DNA of 54,086 nt from Chromera velia (taxonomy: Eukaryota). Positions 13,430 through 25,655 of the stretch are shown one piece after another. Within the stretch, counting starts at the first letter, position 1. Each line of letters opens with the position of its first letter. Both the position numbers and the translations under genes were made by a program. The stretch lies in NCBI GenBank assembly GCA_018398765.1, contig JAHBMJ010000207.1, positions 1 to 54,086 on the forward strand, in the 5' to 3' direction. The notes under the pieces were generated by a model. The model was not told the DNA's origin and searched no databases. It saw nothing but the letters and a program-made list of their open reading frames with translations.

Positions 13430-13640
13430 TGCCTAGCCCCTTGCACTCCTCTGGTCCTCCGAATACATGCGCTTGCCGCTTTGAACGGCGCTTTGAGGTA
13501 GGCAATTTATAGACGGACTCGGATCCGGCCGCATGTCTTCTTCACATGTTGCTCCCACTTCTTACTCAATCGCTCAGCCAACCTCTTCAAGAACATCCTG
13601 AGTGCTGACCTCCTCCTCCATCTTGTTGTTGACCGCACTG
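13430..13640 (-). mobile_element. Degenerate C-terminal fragment of a CRE/R2-type (restriction-like endonuclease) non-LTR retrotransposon ORF
   Basis: The minus strand reads '[32 protein letters not shown]' then, frameshifted, 'AVQAASACIRRTR'. This resembles the typical terminus of RLE retroelement ORFs (FLKRLA.RL..KW......GW.R.RL.FA..RA...C.RG.R), recognised from memory. Confidence 0.65.
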
Positions 13641-13665
13641 TTAAATCCTGGAAAAACCTATAGCT

Positions 13666-13812
13666 AGGAATTTAAACAGGAATTCTAGCAGGAATTTAAA
13701 AGAATTTAGACAGGAATTTGCCAATTTTAAGGAATTGGACAGAAATTTAGAGGGATTTGGACAAGAATCTAAAAGAATTTAAAAACAGAAATTTAGAGAA
13801 ATTTAGCAAATT
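13666..13812. repeat. Solo arm of the GGAATTTAGA foldback repeat family
   Basis: Same degenerate GGAATTTAGACA motif as 12805-12905, with no inverted partner of its own. Confidence 0.7.
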
Positions 13813-14819
13813 GACAATAGATATCGCACAACCATCACCGACCACGCGAATTACAACCGGTTACAATGTCATGGAACTGAAGACGGTCAGAAGACCGGAA
13901 CCGGAGAGAAGACTCAGATCGCTTCGCTTAACTGAATTGAAGACTTGAGTGGATTTGAACTGTCTGAAGTGAATGCCTGATTGAACGCTCTAGTTGATAA
14001 ATTCTTTCTTGCATGCATTCTCTTTCCTTAATTTCATTCTTCCAATTTCTACTCCTCACCCGGTAGGAAAGGCGGAACAAGGGGGGGCTTTAATTCATCG
14101 ATCGTTTTTCAATCTCTCTCCCTCGTCGTGTTTCGATGGATCTACGTATGTCATTGACTAAGAGGAGGGGAGAGCGAAGAATGAACAAACTCATCTATCC
14201 CCCTCTGCTTGCTACATCTGCCAGTCTGTGTCTGTCTGCCTGTCTGTGAGTCCCACTTGGAGTCCCTCAGCTCTCTTCTGCAAGTTGTTCCTTTTTCTCT
14301 TTCTTCTTCTTCTTCTTCTTCTGGCTCTCCACAGGTCCCTCGGGCGCCAATTCCGCGTCGTCTCTGCAACCAAATTGGTTGGGGTCAGTTAAAGCAATCA
14401 TATGCGTCGCAATTGACTGCAATCATATGCGCGTAGACAGTTTCTTTGCTGTCGAGTCTGCACCACGGATTGCTCGGAAGGTCACAAGTCCAAAAACGTT
14501 TTTCGCTCGCAAAACTTGAACGACTGCGACCCAAGTGCCGATTCACCAACCCAGGGAGGACAGAAGTCAACCAAGGGGGGTTGAACCTTCACGAGGGCAC
14601 GCGTGCCGACAGACTCAACACCGCTGTCTCTGCTTTCTCAGACCCAGGAACAGAATTTCTTCTGTCTGACGCGTCGACCAACGTACAAGCGTACAACTTG
14701 AAATGTCGCATGCGTTTCTCAACCCACACGACACACCTTGTCAAACGAATGCACGTACCCACAACGCGCTCCGGAGAACCGAAGAAAAGGGCTTACTAAC
14801 TCCCTGAGCTGACTTGTTG

Positions 14820-15423
14820 TCAACCCAGTTCGCGTCCAGACCCCCACGACGGCTCATACAACGGAAAATCTGATTCGAGAGGCCTTTGCTCGCAAAGGTC
14901 ATCGACAAAGTCGGGGCTAACACGGAAGCAGGCCCTCTCTAAAAGGCAGAAACGAAACTGAATCACTCCACGCGCTTTCTCTCTGTAGCCCTTCAAAGTC
15001 TGACCCTGACCTTTTTCTGGACAGGCCTCCGGGGTTTGAGATCCGGCCCAGTCCACTGTGAATAGAGCTGCAAACAAAGATGCATGAAGGCTCCAAAGAA
15101 TCACAGAAAGAGGGACAAGATCGATCGGACAAGTGAGGCAGTTTGTTGTCTGAGCGCCGCTCATAAAGGTCCTTTGCGTACGGAAGGGACCAAAAGAAAA
15201 GGAACTGCATGTAGGACAATTGATGGGTGGAGTGCGATGGATGGATAGATGGATGAATCCGTCTCTCCTTGAAAACCCCCCAGGTTCCCTGTTGGTCTCT
15301 TATATGTGTTCTTCTGTTTTTGGCGGAGGCAGGTTGCCAATGGGTCTCTCTCTCTCTCTCTCTCTCACGCACGTGCACACAGCACACACACATACACACA
15401 CATACACACACACACACACGCAC

Positions 15424-15455
<32 letters not shown>

Positions 15456-15464
15456 GCACGCACG

Positions 15465-15503
<39 letters not shown>

Positions 15504-15828
15504 GCACGCACACACACACAGCCAGCAGCGTCCACGTCCATCAGATACGAGCCTCAGGAAGGATGGAAAAGGAACCGACCTGTGTTGCGGAAGAATGGAG
15601 GAAAAACCCATGCATGGACGAAGAAAGACAAAGGAGGACGAAGAAGGCAGTAGATAGTAAGGAGACAGAGAAAAGGGTGGAGAAAAAGAAGAAATGGTCA
15701 TCCATCCATCCATCCATCCATATCCAGATATACCCATCCCGGCATATAGAAAAAGACTGCCAGAAAGCAAGAACATTCAATTCTTTAAAAATCCGCTCCT
15801 TCTTTCTTTCTTTCTTTTCTTTTCTTTT

Positions 15829-15859
<31 letters not shown>

Positions 15860-15999
15860 ACCGCCAGCCCAAAAAACCAACCGGGTAGCGGACGCGGAAG
15901 AAGAGGACGAGGAGGATGCTGCGTGCATGCATGTTTACAACGTCAATCGAAAGAAGACTTAGTGCGGCTGGGCGGGACGGGAGCGAGGCGAGATAACCA

Positions 16000-16061
<62 letters not shown>

Positions 16062-16819
16062 AGAGAAAACACGAAATACTGATCGTTTGTCCAAGCACTA
16101 AAAACGGTTTGAAATCGAACAAAACCGTCCCCTCTCTGTGAAGGTCACGAATGAGGGCACAGACGAGTTCTTCAATCGACAAGCCACATGATGGACAGCT
16201 CAAAAAGAGAGTCCAGCAGTGTGCCTTCGAAAAAAAGAGACAAGGTCAAACACAGGAAACATAGAAGGGCAGGCCACGGACTTTCGCCTTCTTTGCCGCT
16301 CTGTTAGAATTAGGGCAGAATTTGATGGCTACCCTCACTCCTTCCAGAATCTGTCTGCAAATTCAGAAAGTCACCACCACTCTTTCTGCGTTCTTGCACC
16401 TTCCATTGGCCGACTGAACATACTCATGAAAGAAGACACACCTTTGCCCAGCCCCCCTTAGCAGGTGGAGAGAGAGACGGAATAGCGGACGCGTCGCTAT
16501 GCTGCGTCTTCTCGAGAGGAGGCACAAAGAGGGAGGAAGGAAGGAAACAAAGAAAGAGGTGGAAACAGCTCAAAGAGCTAGTCTCTTTTCCTTCGGAGTT
16601 GCAAAACGATAAAGCACAGAGGGGCAGGCAGGGAGGGAGGGAGGGCAGACAGACAGCAGAGAAAGGGAAGCAAAAGTGGGAGGGAGAAACTCCCCTTTTC
16701 TTTTCAGCCTCTTAGCTCTTGCAAAGACGGGTGAGTAAACTGACACAAGAGAATCGAGAAACAACAGAAGGACAAGAAGCGGGGTCACAACAGCATGTTC
16801 CTTCCTTCGTTCATTCATT

Positions 16820-16853
<34 letters not shown>

Positions 16854-16961
16854 TGTCTTCCTTCCTTCCTGTCTTCTTTCCTTTCTTCCTTCGTTCCTTC
16901 TCTTCCTTCCTTCCTTCATTCCTTGCTTTAACATTGCATGCAGCTGCACGTGAGTGAGTGA

Positions 16962-16996
<35 letters not shown>

Positions 16997-19380
16997 GACG
17001 GGATCGCAGGACAATAACGTGTGGGTGGAAAAGAATGGATTCAAGCAAGAAAGCGGAAAGAAAAGAAATGGCATGTGAAACAAAAGAGAAACAAAGAAAC
17101 GAACGGTGCCTTCGTGTCTTTTTGTGCATGCGCATGTGTACCGGCACGGAACGTCGGAGCCCGCATCAACACCCAGGAGATTCAGCCGACCAGCTCGATA
17201 AATGTGTGGGACAGCCTGGATCTCTTTTTGGTTCAAAAAGAAGAGGAAGAGGCACACACAAAACAAAAAAAGGACTCACCGCATCATGGAACGTCAGCGC
17301 ATTGCCAAGTGGTCCCAGAAGACGAAAAGTGGCGCTCTTTGATGTTCCTCCCTCCCTCCCTCCCGCCGCCCTTCGACCCCTTGCGCCTCTTGCACGGTCT
17401 CCGTCTTCTTCCTAGGTCTTCGTTTCATGGGCGAAAGCCTGCCTGCATCTCAGTCAGACAACAGTGAGCACAAACGCATGCAGGATGAAGATGCCATGCT
17501 CAGCTCATTTGTCGATCCCGAGACACCCGAAAGAACCTTTCTGTTCATCGTTCGTTGGATCTTCTCTTCAATCGACAAGTCAATCTAACAATGTACGTGC
17601 AACGAGGAATGTGACACCTCTTGCTTAGACCCTCTCTCACAACCAACAGAGAGACACCCTGACGCGCCCTGACGCAAGTCTCGACCCATATCATACCAGC
17701 GGCAGAAAAAGCACCGGCCACGATTCGAGGGGAGACATGCAACCCATGCACTGCCTGACTGACTGACTGACTGACCGGATGCAACCGCAGATCCTCCGTG
17801 AAGGTCTTCGTCACCCTCCACAGTTCCTCCTCGCACGCGCAGACGCCCAAAGACGCTCGCTCGCTCGCTCGATCGATCAGGCAGCCCTCTGACGACCGCA
17901 CGGACCCCGACCCAACCGCACTCATGCTCCCACAAACACGCAGAGAGGAAGATTGAGGTCAGAAGCAAGGGAGAGGGAGAGGTCCGACCTGTTTCTTCTC
18001 TTCTCTTTCCTCCGATCGAGAATTCCAACGACTCGCTGTCCCCTGCCCCTTCCAAGGTCGATCCTTTGGATTCTCTTCTCTTCTCTTCTCTTCTCTTCTC
18101 TTCTCCTTGTTGCCCTAGCTGCCTCTCTTTGTCCCCGATCGCCTCTTGCTGCAAAAAGTCAGAGGGGGGAGGAAGAGAAAGAAAACAGAAAACAGTTACT
18201 TCATTCTGCAAGGGAGACTACAGAACAGAGAAGTCTTCATTTGCGACAGGCAAAAAGGTAGGCAACAGGGCAGGCAGGCAGGCAGGCAGGCAGGCAGGCA
18301 AAAAGGATGAAATGACAAAGCAAAGAAAGAAGGACAACTTGAAGAGGGGGAGAAGAGAAAAGGAAAGACTAAAGATGAAAGAAAGGCAGCCACGCAGGCA
18401 GCAAGCCAGCGAGACCACACAAGACTTCTCTTCTACAACTCTTTTTCTCTCTTATCTTTTTCTCTTCTTCTGCTTTTTCCTTCCTTTGGTGCAAGCAGAA
18501 AAGCAAAAGAGTCCTGTCAAGAAATGCAAAAAGGGGCGAAAAAACGGAACGAACGAACGAACGACCCAACGAAGGAGTGGACGTAAAAACTAACGAAGAC
18601 TTGAGAAAAAAAGAGAGAAGACGTGATCCAAGGAACCATTCCATCGAATGCATGCACAAGGTCGGACAGGACTCTATTATGAACACATCTTCAGCTCGAG
18701 ACCTCGAATGAGTGTGTCTGTCTGTATGACTGCTGAATTGATTCTGCTTGTCATTTCAAACAATGAGTCAATCAATCGATCTTCCATATAAGAACTCACG
18801 AGAAAGAAGATGAAATATGATGAAACAAATCATGGTACGGACTAAAACCAGTTTGTTTCTGGAGTTTCTTAGACCAAGAAGACATGTGGGAGAGATTTGC
18901 ATGCGGAAAATGAATCGGTCAAAGCAACAACGCGATTGCATGCAAGGTCCTGACAACATGAAGCCATCATACACGCCAGTAGGAATCGGAGAAACGCGCA
19001 ATTCAGAAATCAACGACAGTGACCGCACAACTGGAATCCCGGAGGGTGACTTTGCGCTCTCCACGACCCCTTAAGAGACAAGAAGATCACATGTGTCCAT
19101 CAGATTGAGGGGTCTCCTTCGCGCGAAAAGACACTAAGAAAAGTGAGCAGCCGAAGAAAATGGCGGAAGGAAACGTTCAAAATTTCAGTGACAGCAGTAT
19201 TTGGCTGGCTGACTGTCTGGCTCTTCGATTCCTTGACTTACTTCGTCCTTCCAGATTCGTCCTTGACAACTCCAGCTCTGCACCCCACCCCTCAGCGATG
19301 CACACCACACAAAGACGACAGGGAGGGGCAGAGGAGAGAGGAAGTTCAGACCCACTCCGGCGATTCTACGAGCGATGCAA
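14820..19380 (-). other. Putative spliced transcription unit; coding frame unresolved
   Basis: GC-rich islands separated by microsatellite introns, with minus-strand donors (G|GTGAGT ~17279, G|GTCAGT ~17775, G|GTACAC ~17141, AAG|GTCAGG ~15010). No consistent ORF could be built across them. Confidence 0.25.
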
Positions 19381-20243
19381 TCTCTTCCCAGGACAGCCCA
19401 ATATGTCATATTAATACTCACTTTCCAAAAAAACTCGCTATAGGTATCTTACTTTACGTCATCTGGCGTTGGTTATTCAACTCCCTACTCTCGCTCGTCT
19501 GCTTCCAACACCTACTTGGCCTTCGTCTCACCATGGCCCTCATCATAATCTTCTCTCGCCACTTCCACACACTATTTCACAACAGTGACACACGGGCTCT
19601 TCTCACTTTTCGTTATGTGCACAGCGTCTCCTCTTTCTGACAGAATGGCCCCGGAGGGCGGAGCGTGGACCGCGGGGGCATGCGGGAACTAATCGCAGAA
19701 ACGCGGGGAAAGTGGCTAAGAAAACTGGTTAAAATTTGGCAAATTTTGAGTTTTTGCGTGGCAGATTTTGAGTTTTTGAAAAATTTTTGAGTTTCGCTGA
19801 GAAAAATTCGCTCGAGATCTTTGGACTCAGCTGCGAGCGGAGCGAGCGGCTCTGTATATAGCTGTCTTTCATATTCGGAATTCACCTCAAAAATCCGTGA
19901 AACATCTTGAAACAACACACACTATATGATATATATTGATATATACTTCGTCGAGCACCTTTCGAATCTTGGACAATCTTGGACACAGTCGGTCGACCGA
20001 GCAGTAACTGCACAAAAATCCCCTTTGAATCCTGCAACATCGATATCTTGTGGGCTGTCCGCTATCTGGTGCCATGCCGCCCGGCCGAGAAATGAGGGAT
20101 CTTCGTTGTGAATGACCTCGTATCCGTCTGCCGTCTCTTTCTGTCCCCCCGTGGGCAGATAGGTGAAGTTTCACCTGCCTCTTTCTCCTTCCCCCTTCTT
20201 CTTCTCTCGGCCTACACGAGAGAGAGAGGAAGAGAAAGAAGGG

Positions 20244-23056
20244 ATGGCAGAACCAGATCCCGACTCCGAGACTCGACCGAAAGGTGTGAAGGGGGAGGAA
20301 GAAGAACAGGTGGCGGAGAAGGACGGAACATCAGCAGCAGCAACAGCAGCTCCAGGTTGCAGCCCTTTAAGTGAAGATGGCAAGGGAAAGAAGAAGAAGA
20401 AATTTGAGCGTGTCCATCTGGACAGCATCACTTTTTTTCGTTACGCGGGATCGGTGTTCATCCTTGCCTACCACTGCTTCCGGAATGAGAGTCCTCTTTG
20501 GCGCCCTCTTTGGCAGTGGGCGAACGTGTGGCTCTGTTTCTTCTTCGTATTAAGTGGTTTCGTTCTTGCCTTCACCTCCATCACCTCCACCTCTCTGCCC
20601 CCCACAGGCCGCCCCTCCCTCCTCAAATATCTTCTCCACAGGCTGAGCGGGATCTACCCCCTCTACCTACTAGTCCTTGTCATCTGCCTTCCCTCCTTTC
20701 AACAGGGCGCAAATTCGTTCGGGGGATGGACCGTAGGATGCGGGTGGAACGACCCTCTATCTACCCAGATAGCACAGAGCTACTGGAGGAATGGTATGAA
20801 CCCGGTCCAAGTCGGACCCCTGGTCCTGGAGTGCCAAGCCGCCCGTTTGAGTTTCCACGTGGCCCTTCTTCAGGGCTTCGTCCCTCACTTCGTGTACGGC
20901 TCCGATCCGCCAGACGTTCTGAACGCTCTGCAACAAGCGAAGAAGAAAAGAAAAGAGGGAGATGGAGGAAAGAAGGTGAAGGACACGAAAAGGAAAGACG
21001 GAGATAAGGGAGGGAAGGTGGTTGGTACGAAAAAGAGAGAGGGAGATGCAGCACAGAAGGTAGAAGAGACGCAACAGAAGGAAGAAAGAGGCAACTCAGA
21101 AAATCGTGTAGAGAGGGAGGGAAGAAAAAGACAAAAAAAGTCACGCACCCACCACCACCGCCACCATCACCACCATCACAGAAGCAAAGCCGCCCAAGGC
21201 CAACGGACAGATGCCAACTCCGTCTCTGCCCATACTCTCCTTGCTGAGAACTCAAAAGAAGACAGAAAGAGCAAAGGGGTCTCACTCTTATCTTTTTCGA
21301 TTCACGAGGAAGAGAGCGGAGAGGGTACCCAAGAGTCCAATACGACAGCCAGTGCCCACAGCAGCAGCAGCGGAAGGATGGGCATATTGATGGATTGGGG
21401 GCAAAGTGAGGGTGAGGTTGAGGAAGAGGACGGAGACGTGGTTGTGCCCCAACCCCCTCTGACTCCCTTCGGTCGTGTCACGAACATTCCGGGTGTCACT
21501 CTCCCTCCAGCAGGCGGTGGGGGGGGGCATGTGAAGACAAATTCCCACAAGGCGTGGTACGTCCGTTTCGGTTCAGGGGTATTGAAAATGATCCGAAACT
21601 TTGTACATGGATTGTGGGCATTGGGATGCACCCGCCCTGTCCCCCTCTGGTTTGTTTCGGCGCTGTTTATTTATTGGATCCTTTTCTGGGTTCTGCTCCC
21701 GGTTGTGCGGTCTGATAAGCTCCTTCCCCTTTCCGTGTGTGTTGTGGGTATGTTTCTGTGTGGGGTGGGTGTAACGGTTGGAATAACCTATTTCTCTGTG
21801 TGGTGGTTTCAGACCTTCAAGTCATTTGATGGGACGTGCCATCATGGTTTGTCAGTGAGTGTGATTGGGCACATTCATGAATTTCTTTTTGGTATTTTTG
21901 TTGGTCGTTTCTTCATTTTGACTGCCTTTGACGAAGAAGGAAGATTTCTCTTCGGAGAGGGCAGGGTGGAGAGGGGGGGAGAGCCTGTTGCGTCCACTGA
22001 ACAGGGAGGGGGGGCGAAGACGAGATTTGGCTTTGGTGTGTCCTCACTTGCTGATTTGGTCAAATGGAGAAGAAGGGACCGGAGAAAGGAGGAGAAAGAG
22101 ACGGGAGAGAAAGGGGAAGGAGGGGAGACAGAGAGTGAGAAAGACGATGCGAAGAGTGCGTCTCGTGATGACTCTCCGTCTTCCTCTCAAAAGTCCTTTG
22201 TGACTAGAGGGGGTTGCAGTGGTGAAGTCACACGGACAGTCACGGAGGTCGACTCGACCCCTAGTCTCCCCCAGACCGCAACAGCCACATCTGTAGAGGC
22301 TGCAGAGGGCAGTGAGGGGGTCGTGGCGGAGGCGAAGAAAGGGCAGGAGGAACGAGAGAGTCGAAAGAAAGGAGCATCACTTCTTTGGGTGCTCCCCCTC
22401 TATCATTGGGGGGTGTTTCTGAGTCTCTCTGCCTTTGTCTTCCTAGTGGTATGCTTCCCCGAACCGAAGGGAGTTGTGCAACACACCCTAGCGTCAAATG
22501 GGGGGGCGATACTTCCAGTCACTCTTCTGATCCTGGGCCTGTCGTGTGGACAGGACGCGATCTCGAAATTCGCAAAGAGGCCTGAGTGTCTCTTTCTGGG
22601 GTCTCTCGCGCTGGGTCAGTCGGTGGTTGATGTTGATTTGTTCATTTGTCATAGTGATACGCATGTTTCACTTGACTCGTTTCATGGATTACACAGCCTC
22701 CTGCACGTCAATGCCTCACGCACCCTTTGGTTGGGCTCTCACTTGGAACCCATGCACAACACAAATCTCAACAAACGTGTGTGTGCGCAATGAATGGCCC
22801 ATGTGTCAATGGACCTGTATACGCGATACAAATTTCTTTCTTTGCAGGTCAGTACCTCTTGCACCCGCTGGCCCTTCACGCGGTGTGTCTGCTCTCCGGT
22901 ACAGCCAGACTGCCCGACGCCTTCCATTTGTTGAACCCGACAGTCAGCGAGCCCATCCTCCTGGGCGTCTCCGGGGCTCTGGCGTGGGCCGCGAATCGGG
23001 TGGTGGTGGACCCGTGCACGGCCGCCATTCAGAGACGCGTACGTCAAATGAAATGA
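20244..23056 (+). CDS. Acyltransferase family 3 (OafA/YrhL-like) multi-pass membrane O-acyltransferase; exons 20244-22614 and 22848-23056
   Basis: Motifs 'HLDSITFFRY...ILAYH', 'CFFFVLSGFVL', 'YLLHRLSGIYPLY', 'WFVSALFIYWILF', 'EFLFGIFVG'. After a phase-1 GT-AG intron comes 'FLGSLALGQYLLHP', equivalent to LG..SY..YL.H. Long charged, His-rich loop insertions. Confidence 0.88.
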
Positions 23057-24009
23057 GCTCGTGGGTGTGTGCGTGCTGTCAGGTGTCTGGTTGCCCTGTT
23101 TGTGAAAGGGAGCCAGAAGAAACTGTGTCCGTGTGTATCCCGGACAGTCTCATAACTGTCGCCGGGAGTACTGGACGGTGCATGGGAGGGGGGCTGGGGT
23201 TCACATGAGGGGGGAAGGACAGTGTGAGTTGCTGGTTGACCAGTTGATTGCTTCAGTGGGCATTGGCTCCTCCTCAAATTCGTTGGTTGTAGGGAAATGC
23301 ACGCGCAGCAGTAGTGCAGATGATCAAAAGGGCCTGCCTGGCTTGCAGGCCTCCGCAATTATGTGCTTCGAATTCAGAGCATATGCACGCGTCTGCCGGC
23401 TTGCCTGGCCCTGATCGACTTGCTCATCATCAGCAGCTCATGTGAATCATCATATGTCAATTTATATTATGTATAGTATTATGTAGCATAGATCAATGTC
23501 AGATAGAGTCTTTAAACGCAAAAAAGTCTATATGTTAAACTAGAAGTTAAACAGTTAACTTAAACTTCAATTTATGTGATATGACAAGGTATACTGTATA
23601 CACGTGTACAATATTTAACAATATTATATATCGATCCGATCAGTAGAGCATCACTGGTAATTGTATACTAAAATTTTATAACAAGAATTATCTTAACTTT
23701 TGAAGGTATACTCAGAAAAATAATACTCTAGGATAGAAAAAAATTTCCATAAGTGATAAGTGATTTAATATTATTGGTGCCCTTCAGCACTGTCGCCATT
23801 TTGTTTTGTGGAGGTGGCCTCCGCAAACGGCAGGGAGGTGTGCCCTATCGCTAAGGCTCAGACCATACCCCGTGACCGGCCAAGATATAGTGATAGTCAT
23901 TCTTCAAGGTCCAATACCAAATATCGGTTTACACTGTGACTAATTATAAGTTATCTCAACTGGTTTAATAGGATATAAGTTTGAATTTATATTCCAGATT
24001 AGATTCTAG

Positions 24010-24125
24010 ATGAATGAATGAATGAATGAATGAATGAATGAATGAATGAATGATTGAGGGTTAAATCCTAGATCCAGCGATGCTAGACCCCAAGCCACTA
24101 ACAAGGCTTTGAAGACAACCCCATC
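24010..24125 (-). mobile_element. Possible 3' end of a 5'-truncated LINE/SINE with (ATTC)n tail
   Basis: A ~70-bp GC-richer segment ends, on the minus strand, in AACCCTCAATC(ATTC)n inside AT-rich DNA. Confidence 0.35.
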
Positions 24126-25655
24126 TCATGCTACGTGTTATGAATATTTATTTTTTAAATCGTATTTTATACAATTAATTGATTTTCAGGGTATCTACTA
24201 CTGACAATGATTTTATTTGCATGCCTAGGGTTGGAAAACTAAGCAAACTTATTTAATGTGTTAGGTCACATACAGTATATACAACGACCTTTTTCCAACT
24301 TGTTTATAACAGTTTTTGAAGTCACTATAAGTCACTATGCCTGCACTGCAAGTAATGCCGCGCAAATCCACCCGACATCTTTTTTCTTCCGGGCCTTTCG
24401 CCCTGGCTGCCTTCATATTTGATACCAGCCGCATCCATCCGCATCCGATTTTTTTGGCTATACATCGAGTGCAACACAAATTCCGAGCGACATGCATATG
24501 CACATTCTCTGAAAAAGGCAATTTAAACGTGAATGAGTAGAAATGAGAATCGGCAAGGTGCATAGATGGGAACATCAAGAGGAGCGGAACAGAAACAGCG
24601 GAAACATTCGGGAGCAAGAATGAAGGGGAAACACCCCAAGCGCTGCAGGACACGGGAAGACTTTTTGAGGGGAACAATCGAACCAATGACAGAAAGAAGA
24701 ATCAGGGGGGAGCGAAAGAACGGAACTTTGATTTCGTTTTCCTCAGGCAGCTACCTGAAGTTCCTTTAGACACAAAACTCTCTCCTTCTGCATTACGGCA
24801 TCGTTCCGTCTCTGTTCGTCTGTCCACCCATCCACTTCTCTCTTCCCTCTTTCCTTCTCTCTTCTTAAATCAGCCTTCACCTACTCAGCTCCCCGGCGAC
24901 TCGGACAGTCGCAGATGCAAAGGGGAAGAGATCATAGAATGCAAACAAAGAAACAAACGAAGATGAGCAGAGGTGCAACACAAGCAAAGGCACACGAGCT
25001 CTCTCTCTTTCTCATTCATCACGACTGCCGACCGGCACCAGCAGATGCATCTATCTCTGACGCCAACCCACCACTCGGCCCTCCCCTATGCAACACTCTC
25101 CTCACTCACGCCACTTGCCAAGAGAGACTACAGAATTCCTCCACACGGTCAAGCCCCTTCCTCTTCACCTAGCTGTCGGCTCATTCGTCCCCATATTTGG
25201 TGCATGCACGTACAGACGAACGCTTTCACCTGCGTGTCCCTTTCGTCTACCAAACAAGCAATCATCACACTCGCGTCTACCAGTCTCACCATCGGTCCAA
25301 CAAGCAAAGAGAAAGCATGGAAGACAACGAGAGAGAGGAATTCGTACAACGCGCGCAAAAGCAGATCACTCATTCGAACAAAAAATGTACAAGACCAAGA
25401 AGAAAGAAAGAGGCAAAAAGGAAAGAGAAGCAGGGCAGAAATGAAGAAGAATACGCCACCAATAAAACGAACTAGAAAAGGACCGTCAGATGGAAAGAAA
25501 AAGGATTCGAGGACGAACACAAAAACAAGAAATCGGAAACAAATCGAAGGAGGGAAGGACGCGAAGGCATGCTGCTGGCTGCGGGAGAAGAGAAAATTGT
25601 CAGACAGACTACCAGGAAGGCAATCGTAGGCAGACACAAAGCAATTCGAAATCGA

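Noticed and set aside
14917..16141. His/Thr-rich and Cys/Val-rich ORFs
   Set aside because: Translations of (CA)n, (GA)n and (CG)n tracts.
6209..19640. Ciliate-type genetic code (TAA/TAG = Gln)
   Set aside because: Intact genes have kilobases of ORF with no in-frame TAR, and several appear to end in TAA or TAG (33876, 43165, 52872). Internal TAR codons are limited to relics, some of which also have frameshifts.
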